A DNA stretch of 64,000 bases from Hamiltosporidium tvaerminnensis FI-OER-3-3 (Eukaryota; Fungi; Microsporidia), in contig JAKIMF020000011.1 in assembly GCA_022605425.2 (NCBI GenBank), positions 558,001 to 622,000 of the forward strand, in the 5' to 3' direction. Position 1 is the stretch's first letter. Every line of letters begins with the position of its first letter. A program made the translations under genes and the position numbers. The notes beneath the pieces are model-generated. The model was not told the origin of the DNA and did not search any database. It worked only from the letters and a program-made list of their open reading frames with translations. Shown here piece after piece: positions 35,908-50,600 of the stretch.

Positions 35908-35964
35908 TTTTTAGTTATTTCTGTGTAAAGGGATCCTTTTTTTTTCGAGGGGGATCCGTTTTTA
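35908..35964 (-). repeat. Right terminal inverted repeat
   Basis: TTTTTAGTTATTTCTGTGTAAAGGGATCC(T9)CGAGGGGGATCCGTTTTTA. Confidence 0.9.
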
Positions 35965-36290
35965 GTCGGCTTGTTAACACATCTTAATTATTAGCAGGAT
36001 TTTCGAGTTTCCAGAATTGAAGTTAGTCTGGCTAAAGGCGCGAGAAAAAAATACAGTCAAAAAAAGCAAGGTATATTGGAGATAACAGGTGTCTTGTTGT
36101 ATACAAGAAGCATTATGGAACATCTAGTTCTGAAAATAAAAAATTTGGAAGAAAAAAAGAATAATTAGAAGCGAAATTGAAATCTTAAGAAATGAATCAG
36201 AGCAATGAAGGCATTCTGATATGTAAAATTGATTGAATTAATTTTTAGAGATAATATGCGGATATATTTTTTGCTAATTATGAAATGTAT

Positions 36291-36514
36291 TATAGGTGAA
36301 AAGAAGAGAACCACAATAAAAACCATCTGCTTCGTAACGAGTATGTAAAATTCGTGTGAATATGATTGCTTTTTGGTAAATATAAACCACATCGGATCTA
36401 TAGGCCGATCCTTCTATAATCCGAGTTACAATAGATTAAAAGAAACAAATGAATGTTTTTCATTTGTTCATCCTCGACATTGAGAAATAAAACAGGAATG
36501 GAATAAATAAGTAA
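36291..36514 (+). mobile_element. SINE-like family B, copy 3
   Basis: Shares the head, the GAGTTACA..AGATTAAAAGAAACAAA body and the TTGTTCATCCTCGAC..TGAG..GGAATG..TAAG tail. Confidence 0.75.
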
Positions 36515-39500
36515 AAAGGAATATATTCTAAATTAACAAACGATTCATGTTTTGAAAGTTTTGAAAAGCATAGTCTTTTTTACTGCTTAATTCATTCTCT
36601 TTATTATATTCTAATTTTTTAATAATTAATATAAAATTTATGAACGGCGAATAACAAAAATTCTACACCAGTGTAGTGTTTAATGTATTTTCATGTAGCC
36701 TATAAAACACGGTAAGCGTAAAAATGTATTCTTGAAACCATTTCTGTATGGAAAATAATATATTCATTTCTAAAAACAAAGTTAGACCGCTAGAAAATGT
36801 TTTGAATTGGTTTTAGCAGATAAATAAAGATTTTATAACAGAAAAATGCTAATTAGATTGTGTAAATAATTTATTTGTGAATTGTTTATGATACAAAGAT
36901 AAAACATGGAATTCAATTTAAAAACTTTGATAATTTGATAGCTTATGCTTTAAAGTTTTAGTAAAAAAAAGTGTTAGAAATTCTTTGATGTAATATATTT
37001 TGTTTACTAGGAGTTTTTTACGCACTTAGGTAGTTTTGTCAAGTAACTGAAGTTATGAATACGACAGAATTTAAGAATACCTAGAGATCTGAGTAAAAAG
37101 AAATAAATAGTCATTTGATACATGAATAGCATGACTCAAAATCAATTACGTTTTTTTATAAATGTTTAGACTTTATATTAGTTTAAAATGTATAATAAAC
37201 GAAAGCGAATATACTGCGAACTTTTTATCAATTTAATCATTAATAACTCAGATTGATTTGATATAGAGACTTCTTAACACTGTTTTAAGGTGTTTACAAC
37301 CAACTAGGATATAATAAATTCATTTACTCAATTAAAATTCTTATTTATTTAAAATACCTGTATTTTTTTAGATGAAAATTTTTTTGCTTTTAGAAAAGTT
37401 ACTAAGTTGCCCTAATATTCTTAGAAAAACCCAATTTAATTGCTGTCATAGGTTATGATTACATTTATTAAAATTTAGTTAAAACAATATACAAATCTAA
37501 TCTGATAAATACGGTTGAAAATCAATTTAAATGTACTATATATTATATTATTATGAGCATTTAGGCTCGAAATCAATTCATACCCAGGAACTCAATTCAA
37601 TATTACAAATAGTTGCCTAACCTCGACCAAATCATTTTTTTTATCATTAAAACTCCCATAATTTTTTTTTCCGAAAAATAGAAGTCAAGAATCGAGTATT
37701 ACACAATTGAAAAACCTGCTGTAATTGAATAAATAAATTCCACTAGAATAATATTTAAAAGAATTAATGTTTCATTGTTTAAAGTATAAAAGAGTAGATC
37801 ATAAACAAAAAAATTATTATTATGTTCTATTTTGTTTTTATAAACATTCTAATTTGTTATTTCGATAAGAAATTTTGAAACAAGTTTTAAAAAATTATTA
37901 TATAAGCGAATGTTATCTTTTTTTGTTATGAAAACATTCACAACATTATTCATTCAATTATTCTTGCATATTCTTCTTAGCAAATATAACACCTCATTTA
38001 TGAATATTATTTTAGAAAAAACCTCATCACATCTTCTGATATATGATTCTATTAGTCCAATAAGCCTTTTTAAGATAATATTAATATTAAATATATTAAA
38101 TAATTTTTCAAAAAGAATAATCCGAAATAGAAGAAATATCTTACTAAATTTCTTTGATAAATATTTAAATTATGGCAAAAATGTACATATTTGTATATTT
38201 AAATATCCAGAAAAATATTTTAATGAAAAAAATATATTACTGAAGTATAAAAATGACTGGTTCAATATATAATTTTTGGGGCTGGATACCCCCTTAAAAC
38301 TGTCCCTTTTAATACAAAAAAATCTTTTAAAGAATTACTGCATATAAAGATGATTGAGGTGAGTGAAGAGGATTGAATAAAAAATTTAAAAAAAATATTT
38401 AATGATTTATTTTTGTTCATTTTCAAAATTGGAATTTTTTTTTAAAAACATATGTATTAGTATATAATTTTCTAAATTTTAGGGTTTATAGCTTAAGCAT
38501 TAATATGAGTCAAATTAATAAACGATACAATTTTTTTAAGTTTCTAATGATATTGCATGCTACGTTTGGTTTCATAAAAAAACGCGTTTTCTGAAATTAC
38601 TTTATATTTTCATATTTAACGATGATTTGAAACCTTAATAACAATATCAAATCAGATTTTCTGTATTATTTGCCAAAACTACTTTAATATACTTTAAAAT
38701 AGAAGTCATATAACAATATCTATTTCAATGTTAAAGATTTTTTAAATCAAAAAAAAATATCCATGTATATACCTGTTGGAAATTGTTTATAAAACAAAAA
38801 GAATAAAGAAAAACGCTCTTAAAATGTAAAAAAAATTAAAAAAGCAGAAATTATCTTTGCAGAAAACGATTTGAATATATAGTCTGAATCAAGTTTTGCT
38901 TTAAAAAAAATATAATAACGAATACGATTACTTCTTATAAAGAAATTCGGTAATTAGGAGTTGACATTTGAAAATGTTTTGGTAGAGTAAAATAACTTTA
39001 TATTCCGCTTGTGAATTAAGCATATTCACTAAAATCAATAAATTAGAAAAAATAAATGTATTTTAGTGAATTTAAGAACTTAATTTAGTTACAATTCATT
39101 ATAGAATTTTTTTTGATCCGAAAATATAGTTTAAGATTCAAGGCTATAGACTTTTTTATAGTAAATTTTGTTATAAAGTATTGAGGTTATATTGAGACAG
39201 AGCTTTTGAAGCGTAGATAATACATTTTAATCAGAGTAAATCCAATATATGGAATAAGGAGTGAGTTATATTAAATGATTAAATAAAAAATATTACAATC
39301 CAAAAATTTTTTCAGTAAAAATAATATATATATTTTACCTTAATTAGTTCAAAACCATACAAAATACATTGAAAGTATCAAAATGATAGGATTGAAACAA
39401 ATTTATAATAAGATTCCTTCTTATAACCCAAATATTTTTTACATATATTCAGGTAAATTGGTTCATAATAGATTATTTTTCGCCAAAAAATATAATTTAT

Positions 39501-42500
39501 AATTTGGAAAAAAAAATCGGTATTTGAAATATTTTGAAATTCATTACATATATAATAATGCAGAGTTTAATATGTGACAAAAGAATCGGAAAATCACCTT
39601 GATAAATTCATCTAATCTCATTAAATTAAGCAAATATTATAAAAACAATTCAAAACTTAATGGTCAATTGTTGCATTCATAGTTTTTTTCGTACAGGAAT
39701 ACCTTAAGAAATTTTGATTAGACTTGAAACAAAATTTATAATCAAACAATAATGCCACAAGTAATAGCATGCGATTATAATCTACAAAAAAATTTATTTT
39801 CATTAAAAAATTACAAATAGAACAAAATTAAACATAAATAATGGGAAATCATATTAAATATGACTATTCAAAATAATATTCTTAGAAGTAAAAATATTTC
39901 TTGAATCAAAAATGTATTTATTAGATATACCTTACAGTGAATATATGAAAACAATCGCTAGTGAAATGTAATAGAAGTAAAAAAAATTATAATGACGCCT
40001 AAATATAGTTCAAAGTTAACGAATCCATCACCTCTATCGTCACATAACTGAAAATTTCCTCATTATGCTTCTCACACACAATAACTTTATACCCGGAAGC
40101 TTACTCCCCCTTGTCTAATACACAGTCTCTCTTTGCCGTATAAACTTCATGCACGAGCCATCACATAAAATATTAACCGTCTATAATTTGGTATTCACGA
40201 AGAAAATCGAAAGGCAAAATTTCAAAAATTACGTGCTTCTTATCAAATGTCTTCATGAATAGTCGCAATGTGTTAATTTTCGATGCAAAAAAACTTTAAG
40301 GCACACCGAAAATGCTGATCGTAACTTTACATGTATTAATAAAAGAGATTGTTTTGAAGACTCTTGACTTTTTAAAAATTTTAGCTTTGAATTAAAAAAA
40401 TTGGCTAGAATATAATTCCAAACAACATGAAATCTCACCTTGTTTCGTTTTTTTTATATGTTCGTTTGATAACATCTTAAAATGTTCCTATGATATGACT
40501 ACATGTTAAATTAAACCAATATTAGAGAAGAAAACTTAAGATGTGATTGTAGGAACACAATTTTTTTTAAATATTCTCAAGGGTATATTTAGCATCATAA
40601 ATGCAATCGAATAGGAAGTTGAACAAGATTTACGCGAGTCACCTACTGACATATAGTAGATTACAAGGTATACATATATTTTTGACAGTAAATCTATCTA
40701 ATGTTTTATATCCGCTTGAAAGCAAAATTGAATATGAATTTTTAAGCTAGTACCTTCGAAAGAAATCAAGAAGAAGCTTTATAGACAATGTCATTTAATA
40801 TTTATAGAGACATAATCTTAGTGAAAATAAGGTACCGTCTAATATGAAATTTAGTACTGTTGATCATGAAGAATAAATCTTTCAAACAACGAATAGAAGC
40901 CATTTTTTATAATTTAAGGCAGTTCATTTATGATAAACCTATGTTTTGGCTATTCTGAAGTATTTTCATAGATAAATAATTAATTAGCTGTGAATATGAT
41001 CAATCGGGTTCAAATAGTAAGTTCTAAGCTATGAATTTGAACAATATTACTGAACATACTCTTTTTATATTTATCCGACATTATTTGTACAGAATAAATC
41101 CCAAGTACCGTTTTATAAACTTGATGCGTTTATATATTTTATAAATGGGCTTTCATGGTGTATATCTTCACAGATCGATACTATTGCTACTTTTTTCCTT
41201 AATAAAATTATAATATCAACAAATAAATTTATGATATTCTAAAAGTTATATGTTTAAAATGAAAGCTTCGGGCTGAATAGTGTACACGGTTTTACTTATT
41301 TATTTCGTAAAAGCATGCAAAGAACAGTTTCTAGTACTGGTTTATCGTCTCTATCCCAATCTTCTATATGTATATATAAACTATATTATAGCCGTTGAGT
41401 ATAAGTATTGAAAATATTTGCTAGCTCAAAATGAAGAAATATTAGTATCGAGTATTTAAAATGCTAAAAAGCTGGCTCCAAAGAATTTCGTAAAAAATCA
41501 AGAGTATAGAAAGAATCATTAAGCCATTTTAGTGTTCATAAAAAACAATCAAGGCGTAAGAGTTATTATATTCAATGCTTTTACTACCTTAATTTCCATG
41601 ATTGTATTTGAGATTTTTTAAAATATTTGTATTAAGCTAGAGAAATCATATTTCGATAAGATAAGAAAAGGCTTTGGAAAAGTGGTCAAAAATATTTTAT
41701 GAAACAAAAGTAATTTAACTCTCGTGTTCACATTTAGGTAAAGATTCAATACGTCGATTATAAATCGTAATTAGTCAAAGTTAAAAATATATTCCAATAT
41801 TGCATCAACAGAACCGATGATGCTTTTTTATTGATGATCTTGTGATTCTTGTTATTTCTATGCCTATTTTGTATTTAAAGACAGATAAAGAACAATATTT
41901 CCTATAATACAAGTTTGGAAATCAACAAGAAAAAAATATCACAGAGTATCCGGTTAAAAAATAACTCCTCGAAAAGCTGATCTTAGCAATACATGCGAAT
42001 ATAAAAAAATTAAAAAAATTGCATGTTTATCTTATATAAAGGAGTAAAATAAATGTTTAAAATCCAAACTTAAGACTTCTGCACACCAAATCAAACAAAA
42101 AATGATTCTTTGATTTAATTTTCAAATTCTATCGGGAAATTTACTTTTATGGAGAGGAAATTTACTGCAATCAGCCGAATCTTCCAATTCAGATAGTCAA
42201 TGCATGTAGGTTTAGTATTAAACAGGTCAATTGGGATCAAGGTGCGCAGATAATCCGTAAATATTCAAAGCATAGCACTTAATACGCCAAACAGCTATAC
42301 ATTACGAATTAAAATAGCTTTTGCACAACTTTTGGATATTTTGAAAAGAAACAAAGAAATATTGACTGTGTGAATAAGAATCTAATATAAAATAAAAAAA
42401 TATCCTCATACCGACATAGAAGGCCTTTCAATGAAAGATATGGGATGTGGAATAATGTGTCAAATAAAATTTGTAAAGATTATACACACATGACTTATAT

Positions 42501-45500
42501 TTTGGACAATTTTAGTCATTGGCTATTAATTATAACTCGTGGAAGATAGTAAAATTATAATTTCTCAAACAATATACATATTATCCAGGTATTATGAATA
42601 ATCATGTAAATTAATGAGCTAGTTATTTAAAATTATACTGCTATCGATTGCACAATTCAAAGATGTATGTCGAAGCAAAGATTCATATCATTTAACCTTG
42701 GACCTGCATTTTATTTTTAGAACAATAATTGACATTCAAAAAAAATAAAAATGAATCTATGAAGAAAAAACCCACGATAAAAATGAACTGGAACCGACCT
42801 AAGTCCTGGAAACTCGAGATTAAAAACGCCAAGTCAATAATGATTGCTAATTAGCTGGAGTGAATGGCAAAATGCACACATGCTAAATCGCTGCAATTAA
42901 CCACAATGACAAACAAGCTTAGCGATATTAATTATGGCAAAAAAAAATAATTTTTATTAAGTCTAAAATTCCTAAATAACTTAATATTATCGATAATTAC
43001 TCAGTGTGCCAAATATGTAAATTGACAGTAATTGATACACATGTAGGGCCCACACGGCAAAATTTAATTTTTTTATATTCTTAAGGACTGTAAGTTGATA
43101 ATAATTTTATTGAACAGCAAAGTTTGGGGTATTAAAAATAGGTAAAATCCGAATTTTCTTTTTCATATACGCATCTTTTTAGACTAGAGGTAGAAAGAAC
43201 GAAAAAGATAACCAAGAAGTGTATTTTGTAGGCAATACTGCTTCGTATTATATATATTTTTCTGTAACATTGATTGTCTGCATTATGACAATTTATTCTG
43301 GTTATAAAATTAAAATTTAAGTTAAAGGCCTTTAGAATTCTAAAATTCTATTAACGAAATTCCGAAGCTCGTAGATATCAAAGCATTAATACTATAACAC
43401 TTTAAAAAACATAAAAAATTTTATAATATGATCAAAGTGGTCTAATTAGGTAAATCTTTTTGAAATTTTCTTTAATCGATAATGTAAAAATTATTTCGGA
43501 AAAGGTTAATGATCTTATCAAATAATATGCCCATGGAAATCCAAGAAATACAAAGCGTAGGTGTATCAAAATAACCAAGCAAAAATTTCTTTAAAAAACT
43601 GGTTTTCTTTCTAGATTAAGGGTTGTAAACCTTTGCTTATACTAAGACATAAAATGATAGGATTTTAAATAGCTAAAATATGAAGCATGGGGTTTAACAT
43701 TAACTTCAAAGATCAAATTTAGCTAATAGTGTCATGTACGAATAATAGAAGTGATTTGTGCGAGATAATATGCCATTTTCTTGTTAATATATAAACATTA
43801 AAGTAAATTGGCACAAAAAATTGCAGAGGGTGCATCATTGTATAGATCCCAATATTGTGTAGTTAGGTTAGAGAGTGCTGCGAAGAATTAACTATAATAT
43901 AGAAGGATATGCTCGAACTTTATTTGTAAGCTGTTGGATATATTTAAGAATATCAATCAAGATTTAAACATAACATATCAACAATATTATACTAGCCACG
44001 TAGCACAAAGCCCAATGGATTTTGATAGAAATGTGATTGAAGCACAAAAAGAGCAGTTCAACCCCCAAATTTTAATTAAATGCAAAAAATACCGTTTTAA
44101 ATCCAAAAATTAATTAAATAATCTGGCAATAAAGGACAAAATTAATTTGATAGAAAAATTCAAGTATATTTGGAAAAATTTGGAACTATACAGTCAGAAA
44201 TATTTAAAATAGTATGTCTAAGTACATTAAAGATCTATGAAAACCAAAAAAAACAGTCATAATTAAAAAAATCTTAGCCTTTTATCGGCCATACATTTTT
44301 TTTCAAAAAAGCCGTAATTATATCCGAATTCAACACAATATTGCAATTATATTGTATGTCAAAAATACCAAACAAATCGCTACATATAATTTTCCTGATA
44401 CCCGATAAATTCAAATTTAAAGAAAGAAAATTCAATTTGGAACTTGTTCACCTTTTTTGCTTTCAGTGTATATTCGAGCTATGAGATTGTTTCTCATTTG
44501 CATAATTAAACGATTTGAGCATAATCGTACAAGTAAAACTATAAGTATAGCATTGAAGCCGATAGAAAATCTTCTGTTATGGTTTTCAACGTTTTTTATT
44601 TCCAAAAAAGAAGTACAGATTATAAAAATACAAAAGCTTATCGAAATTTTTTTCATTCGAAAAATCTTAGATAATAAGAGATAACCAAGATAATTTTCAG
44701 TTTGATAAGTTGTGGCAGTTAATTGATTGTCCAATATCTACAGTTTCAGTAGAAAAAAAGAAGGGTAAATACAAGACGGTTTACAGAGTTGTGATGATGT
44801 ATATTAAGTTTGTATTTTCTTTCATTCAATCGTTTTACTTCTAAATTATAAAAACATATTATCTTTGATAAAATTTTTATTTGTTTTAAGGCGAAATTTA
44901 ATTAGATATTTTTGAGAAAAATATAAACTTAACAGCTAATTAATACATAATTCATTGTATGTGATTAAAAACTACCCCTCTTTCGTTTTAGATATCTTCA
45001 AACAGAATATAGGAAGAAAATAAAACACCATTAGATTGCACGATCTTGAAATCGACGAATTCTTTAAATCAAAGAATAAAATCTTAGTTATATTTAACAT
45101 GAAGAGATTGTTTTATAATGTGAGATTTATTGTCTGAATAGCACAAATAAATTCGAATTTTTCTAATTTTCATATAGATAGTGTATTTATCTTATAAATA
45201 TTTCATAATTAATATAATTTAATACAACTGTGAAGGAAACCGAAGTTTTATTTCACAGTATTTATTGATAATGGGTTTATAAAAATAAATACAAAACCAT
45301 GGAGACATTATCTGTAAATATAAGAATATTTTTACTAAATACAAGATTTTCAAGTCTGTATTTGCAGAATAAACATTATTAAGCGAATTAAAACCGACAT
45401 TTAAATATTTCCGTACTATATTTTATAGTTATGATGCCGATTAGGTAATCAGAGAAAAACTAAATAAAATTGTTTAATAGAATGCTAGCATATAGTTGAG

Positions 45501-47403
45501 TGCTATACTTAAGTTTAAGCTTTATTTACGTTATATTATAGAGATTTACCATCATGTGCTAAATATAGCTAAATATGTTGTTCATGTTATATATCCTGTA
45601 AATATACGTTAAAAAAAAGTAAAACCTTAGGAGGCAGGATAAGAAGACGCCTAAACCAAAGCAAAAATTTGTTTTTAGAACCTTTTCAGGTGATATAAAA
45701 TGTAGATTCAGATGGGAAAGTATAACATTTCGCTAACTTGGGGATTAAAATTTTAGTTTTGATTCAAAATATAGGCTAAAATGTTTTGTTTTTTTAAGTG
45801 TAAGTAAAATGCCTTCATGTCTCAAACATCCATATTTCTAAAATATCGATTTTTGAGAGTATGTACAATTCTGTTTCGAACTTCGTATAATATTCACAAT
45901 TTGATTTATTTTTGTGCTGAAAATCTATGCTGAAACGTATCAAGCATTCATTTAAATTATAAGCATATCTATGTTGTTATCCGATGCCTGAAAAGGCGAT
46001 CTAAAAAAAAGTTTTTATAAATATGTAATACATAAGAGGATAAATATTAAAAGAAGATGGCCAACTTACGATGTTCTATTGTTTAAACAAGCTCTTCGTA
46101 TTTTAAAGTCTGTTCAAATATCTATAATTTCTATATCAGGAAAGTAACAAACCTAAATAATCGTTTTTATGATTTGTAAGTTTTTTTTAGAAAAATAATT
46201 TTAGGAATAAGTTTTATCAATTTAAATAGCACATTCGAAATTTGGACTATAAATGTGTCGATAATCACAAATCAGATATATTTTCTTATAACGAAAATTT
46301 TCATATTTCAAAATAAACTAATGAGCAGAGTGAAAAAGCGAGGTATCTGAGTGTAAATAAAATGTTTACAACTAAATTTATAATTTTCGAAAAAAAAATC
46401 ATAAATAATGCCTGTCCAATAGAGTCGTTTAAAGCCAAAAATAAAAATATCATATCGATAATATGAAAACTCTCAAATAGTATATTTCTATGGCCAAATA
46501 AATAACTGCAAAGAAAAACTGATTAATAACTGATTTGATTATAGTATTCATACAAGAATTATATGGTCACAAATTAACTAAAGACTGCAATATTATTAGC
46601 GAGAAGGGGCATGTTCAGACAAATAAAACCGATAAGTTGCTCGCTAATATCTCTATTTTCAAATTTATCACTTAGTTTAATAATAGATGAATGAATATAA
46701 TGATATCTTAGATAGCAGCTGAAATTTCAAATTATCTTATAAATTTCTAGAATACACTGCTTGAAAAAAATTACAACAATAATACAAGAAAAAAATGTCT
46801 TATTGTCTTTCCTTGGTGTAAGCGGTATGTAAATGCAAATAAACCCTAAAGTAATAATAAGGATTAAATATCTCAATATGACAATTTTTTGTTTTCTTAT
46901 ACAATCTATTAAAATTCTAAAAAAAAACACTTATGTAGTTTATTTTAAGAAAAACAAGTATTAAATCTAACCTTCTAGAACTTTCTTCTTTTTTACCGCC
47001 TTAAATATGGTTTTTACAAGAAAACATTAGTTCATTTTACTTCACAAATTAAAAACTGATTCCTATAAGTTAAATAGTTTAAATAATCTTAGTATAAAAA
47101 AACGATGTATAATACTAAATAGCATGTAAAGTAGGATATACGCATAGTTAGAAGTAAAAAACTTTGACATCAAATACATAGTAACTAAATGCAGTTATAG
47201 CTATTGGACAGTCATAATGAGAATATAAAATTCCGAAAAAACTTACAGCTATAAAATAAAATAATTATCGGCAAATTAGTTATTAAAATTTGCGAAAAAA
47301 AGAAAATTTGCAAGTATTTTTACTAATTTGCCTAAAACGTAATATAAGAAAAAAACATATTTTAGAATGTATTAAAAATACAAAAAATGCTAATGCGTAT
47401 ATT

Positions 47404-47637
47404 CATTCATCCTCGGCACTACAGCCCCGTGCGAGCCTTGGCTTCACTCAGTAATGCCCGCACCGGTATTTTTTCAGTGGATTTGCTTGCTTTTTCGGGT
47501 TTCGTAACAAGCTGAGTTTAAAGGGTGCGTTGTTAGCCCTACGCCCAACAACAATATGAAGGACAGTTCCCTTTTAGTCGCCTCTTACGACAAGCAGAGA
47601 ATACTCCAAACCAATTCTGCTCCCGGCATGGTGGGAA
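47404..47637 (-). mobile_element. SINE-like family C, copy 3 (best preserved)
   Basis: TSD TAATGCGTATATT / TAATGCTTATATT (47391-47403 and 47638-47650). Contains GCTTGTCGTAAGAGGCGACTAAAAGGG and GGGCGTAGGGCTAACAAC. Confidence 0.85.
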
Positions 47638-50600
47638 TAATGCTTATATTATAGTTCAAAATCGCACTTAATATAAATTTAAAACCTAGAAAAGCGCGTA
47701 AATTTTAAAAAGATTTTAAGTATACCGAAGCAAAGAACACTAATCATATTGCGTAAAATACAGTTTTTTCAGATACTTAAATGAATAAAGTAGTCAGCAT
47801 TCTGATAAATTTATACCCGAATATAGATTAAAAGCGAAAAAAATTATATCATTCTATTTTCATACAATATATCTTGTCGAAACACGAACCTGGATTATAT
47901 CCGATAAAAGAATATAAGTTTGAAACATAAACCTTGAAGGAAATCTATAAAGTAGGTATTTTACCAGATAAAATAGGTCCTTTGATTCTATTTTTAAATA
48001 AAATAGCAAAGGAATAATCCCTGAAGCTATTAATAAAAAACGTGAAGTAATTTTATTTTTATTTTTATAGTATTTGATATAGAATAGTAACGGGTATTTA
48101 GATAATAAATTCTTGATAATCGTGTTATTAGAAAAAAAATATTTGAGAAGTCAACATATCTAGGAATGTAAAATAATGTGGTCTTAATAGTTTAAAAAAG
48201 TATTCCAGGTCGTAAAAACTTATTAGACAAAATGAATTTCCATTTTCTCTTCGCATGTTTTAATTTTTTTTTGAACATATAAAAGTTCTTGAATGCGCAA
48301 TATTATAGTAATAATAATAAAAAAAACATTAGAAATTATAGAAAAACTGATGCATATCATAGAACAAATCAAATACCAGCTAAGAATACAATATGAGTTT
48401 AAAAATATAATCTACACAAAAATTTGTATTTAAAGTAAAAGGTAAAGCCAAAAATAGAATAATATTGTAAATTATAAAAATTAAAATAGGGTAATAGCAT
48501 AAAACCATACTACTTCTTTACAATTGAATATAAATTTAATTTCAAAATTAATATAACCAAATTAGAATGGTTTGCCTTTTATATATAATTTTATCATCAA
48601 AACCACAATTTTATGAGTTAAATTGGTTTTTTTATTTAAATTTTTTTTTCTAAAACACCTTACAGCAAAATTTCCATCTGTCACTTCTGTCGGTGGACGG
48701 AGATTTTGAATCTAAAAGATATTTATTTTATTTTTAGAACAGGTATGCGCAATAATTTATAAAACTTTTATTATTGAACATTATTTTATTGGATTCAAAA
48801 TTTTAAATAAATTAATTCTAAACACTTTAACGAATATTTTATTAAAAATTCGAGAAAATTAATATTTTTTAACTTTTCAAATTTATGTATTTACAAAATA
48901 TTTATTGAATACAATTATGTATCATGATATATTCTGTAATATATACAAAGATTTTTGAAGTATAATCGATTAAACAGTTTTAACAATTTTTTTTATCTAA
49001 ACAGTAATATACCTATGATTTTTTTACATTTAAATGAGAAAAGAATAGAATAATGACAGATAGAATATAATTTGTATTTATCTAAAAAAAGAAAACTATA
49101 TATGAATATTGATTAAAAATAATTGCTAAATAATCAGTATAAGAATTTTGAATTAATGTGTAAATCGGATCTAGTGGTACTTAAACACACAGATAAACCA
49201 TACATGTACCAAATGCCGTATTTTGTATTAGTTATTTTACATGCATTTAGCTCTTTTTATTCGCAATCTATTCCTCTTTAAATTCAGATATATTTAAAAA
49301 ACAAATTGATGTTAAAATATAATAAGTCTGGATTATACAAAAACCAATTGTTTTATTTCGAAACAAAGAAAAGGAGTTAGAATTACTAACAGAAAAGAAT
49401 ACTGGCACCATCATATCAACATTCGACAGAAAAATAGCAATTTTGTTTTCCAAATAAGATATTACAACAGATAAGCTCTCGTATATAGTTCTTGTATTGC
49501 AGTTAATGTTTCGTTTCTAAATTATGTTCTTGTTACAATAGAAACCACAATAAGATCAAAAAAATGTTTATTTGTCCAGATCTGTTATTTTTTGCATTAT
49601 TTAAGTCGGAGTGTTTTATTAAGAAATTGTCTTTCTGGTTATAACACTCTCTTGGGACCATTTAATATCTTGTCACCACGATTCTTCCAATTTTAATTTT
49701 AAATAGTATCGGTAACTATAAGAGAAACTTTCTATGCGCTATAATGCTATATATGGTGTTTAGATTCGAAAATTACAAGCTTATAGATTCATCTAGCAAG
49801 CCAGAAGTAACAATAAAAAATTCTGTATTCTTACTCTCGTTTCATCTTTAATAACAATAGAAGACCATCTTGAAATATAAAGGCGCATTAATCCGTTTTT
49901 TAGGCTATTTTGCTTTCGAAATGGTAATTCAAAATTTTAGTTTTCCTTTGAAGTTATAGATAGAGTTCATTTTGTTTTAATATGGTTCTTAATGGTATAT
50001 GCTGAACAAATTTTTGAGTAGATCTATTCTGTAAAGTAATATTTATATAATTTTTTGATAAAAATATTCATAATGTCTCTTTTAGGAGTAGATCTATCTC
50101 GCGCTATCTTTTGCGTGGTTATTTTGATTATAAGGTGAGAGAAAAGCCATTATAGAATATTCAGGAATTGTTAAGAAATATCGGTTTCTCGTCGTATTTT
50201 GTGCTAGAGAATTCTAAAATTTTTAGGTGTAATTCTATGCGTACTTTTCTTTTTATTTTGGGTTGTAATTTGATTGAGTTCAATGTCTATTTTAGACCGT
50301 GAAATTGTGTCTAGAAGCAAAATGTATTAAAATTTTTGCTTCGGTATCTTCAGAGATATAACAATTCATCATAATGGATTGTGGTTTTTGATATGAACTT
50401 AATACTTCAGTTATATTTGTTTGAATCAATTAAATGTTCTTGTGCTAATGAAGCCAATATTAAAATCATATATTTTTAGGTAATTTAAATTATTAGTTTG
50501 GTATAAACCGATATTTTATTTACTAAAATATGTTAACTGCGAGATGATTTTTAATTGTATTTTTTATTAGATTGCTTTTGAACCCAAAAGTCTCATCATT

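Larger units (their letters stand above)
32845..35964. mobile_element. TIR-bounded single-gene unit encoding a PrimPol-D5 helicase
   Basis: ~58-bp inverted repeats lie about 28 nt beyond the stop codon and about 15 nt before the ATG. The interior is visibly GC-richer than the flanks. Confidence 0.8.

Noticed and set aside
47560-47637. HDV-like or twister ribozyme at the family C 5' end
   Set aside because: A hairpin followed by CTAA and a CATGCCGG motif are present, but I could not assemble the HDV P1/P3/P1.1 helices or the twister core by hand.
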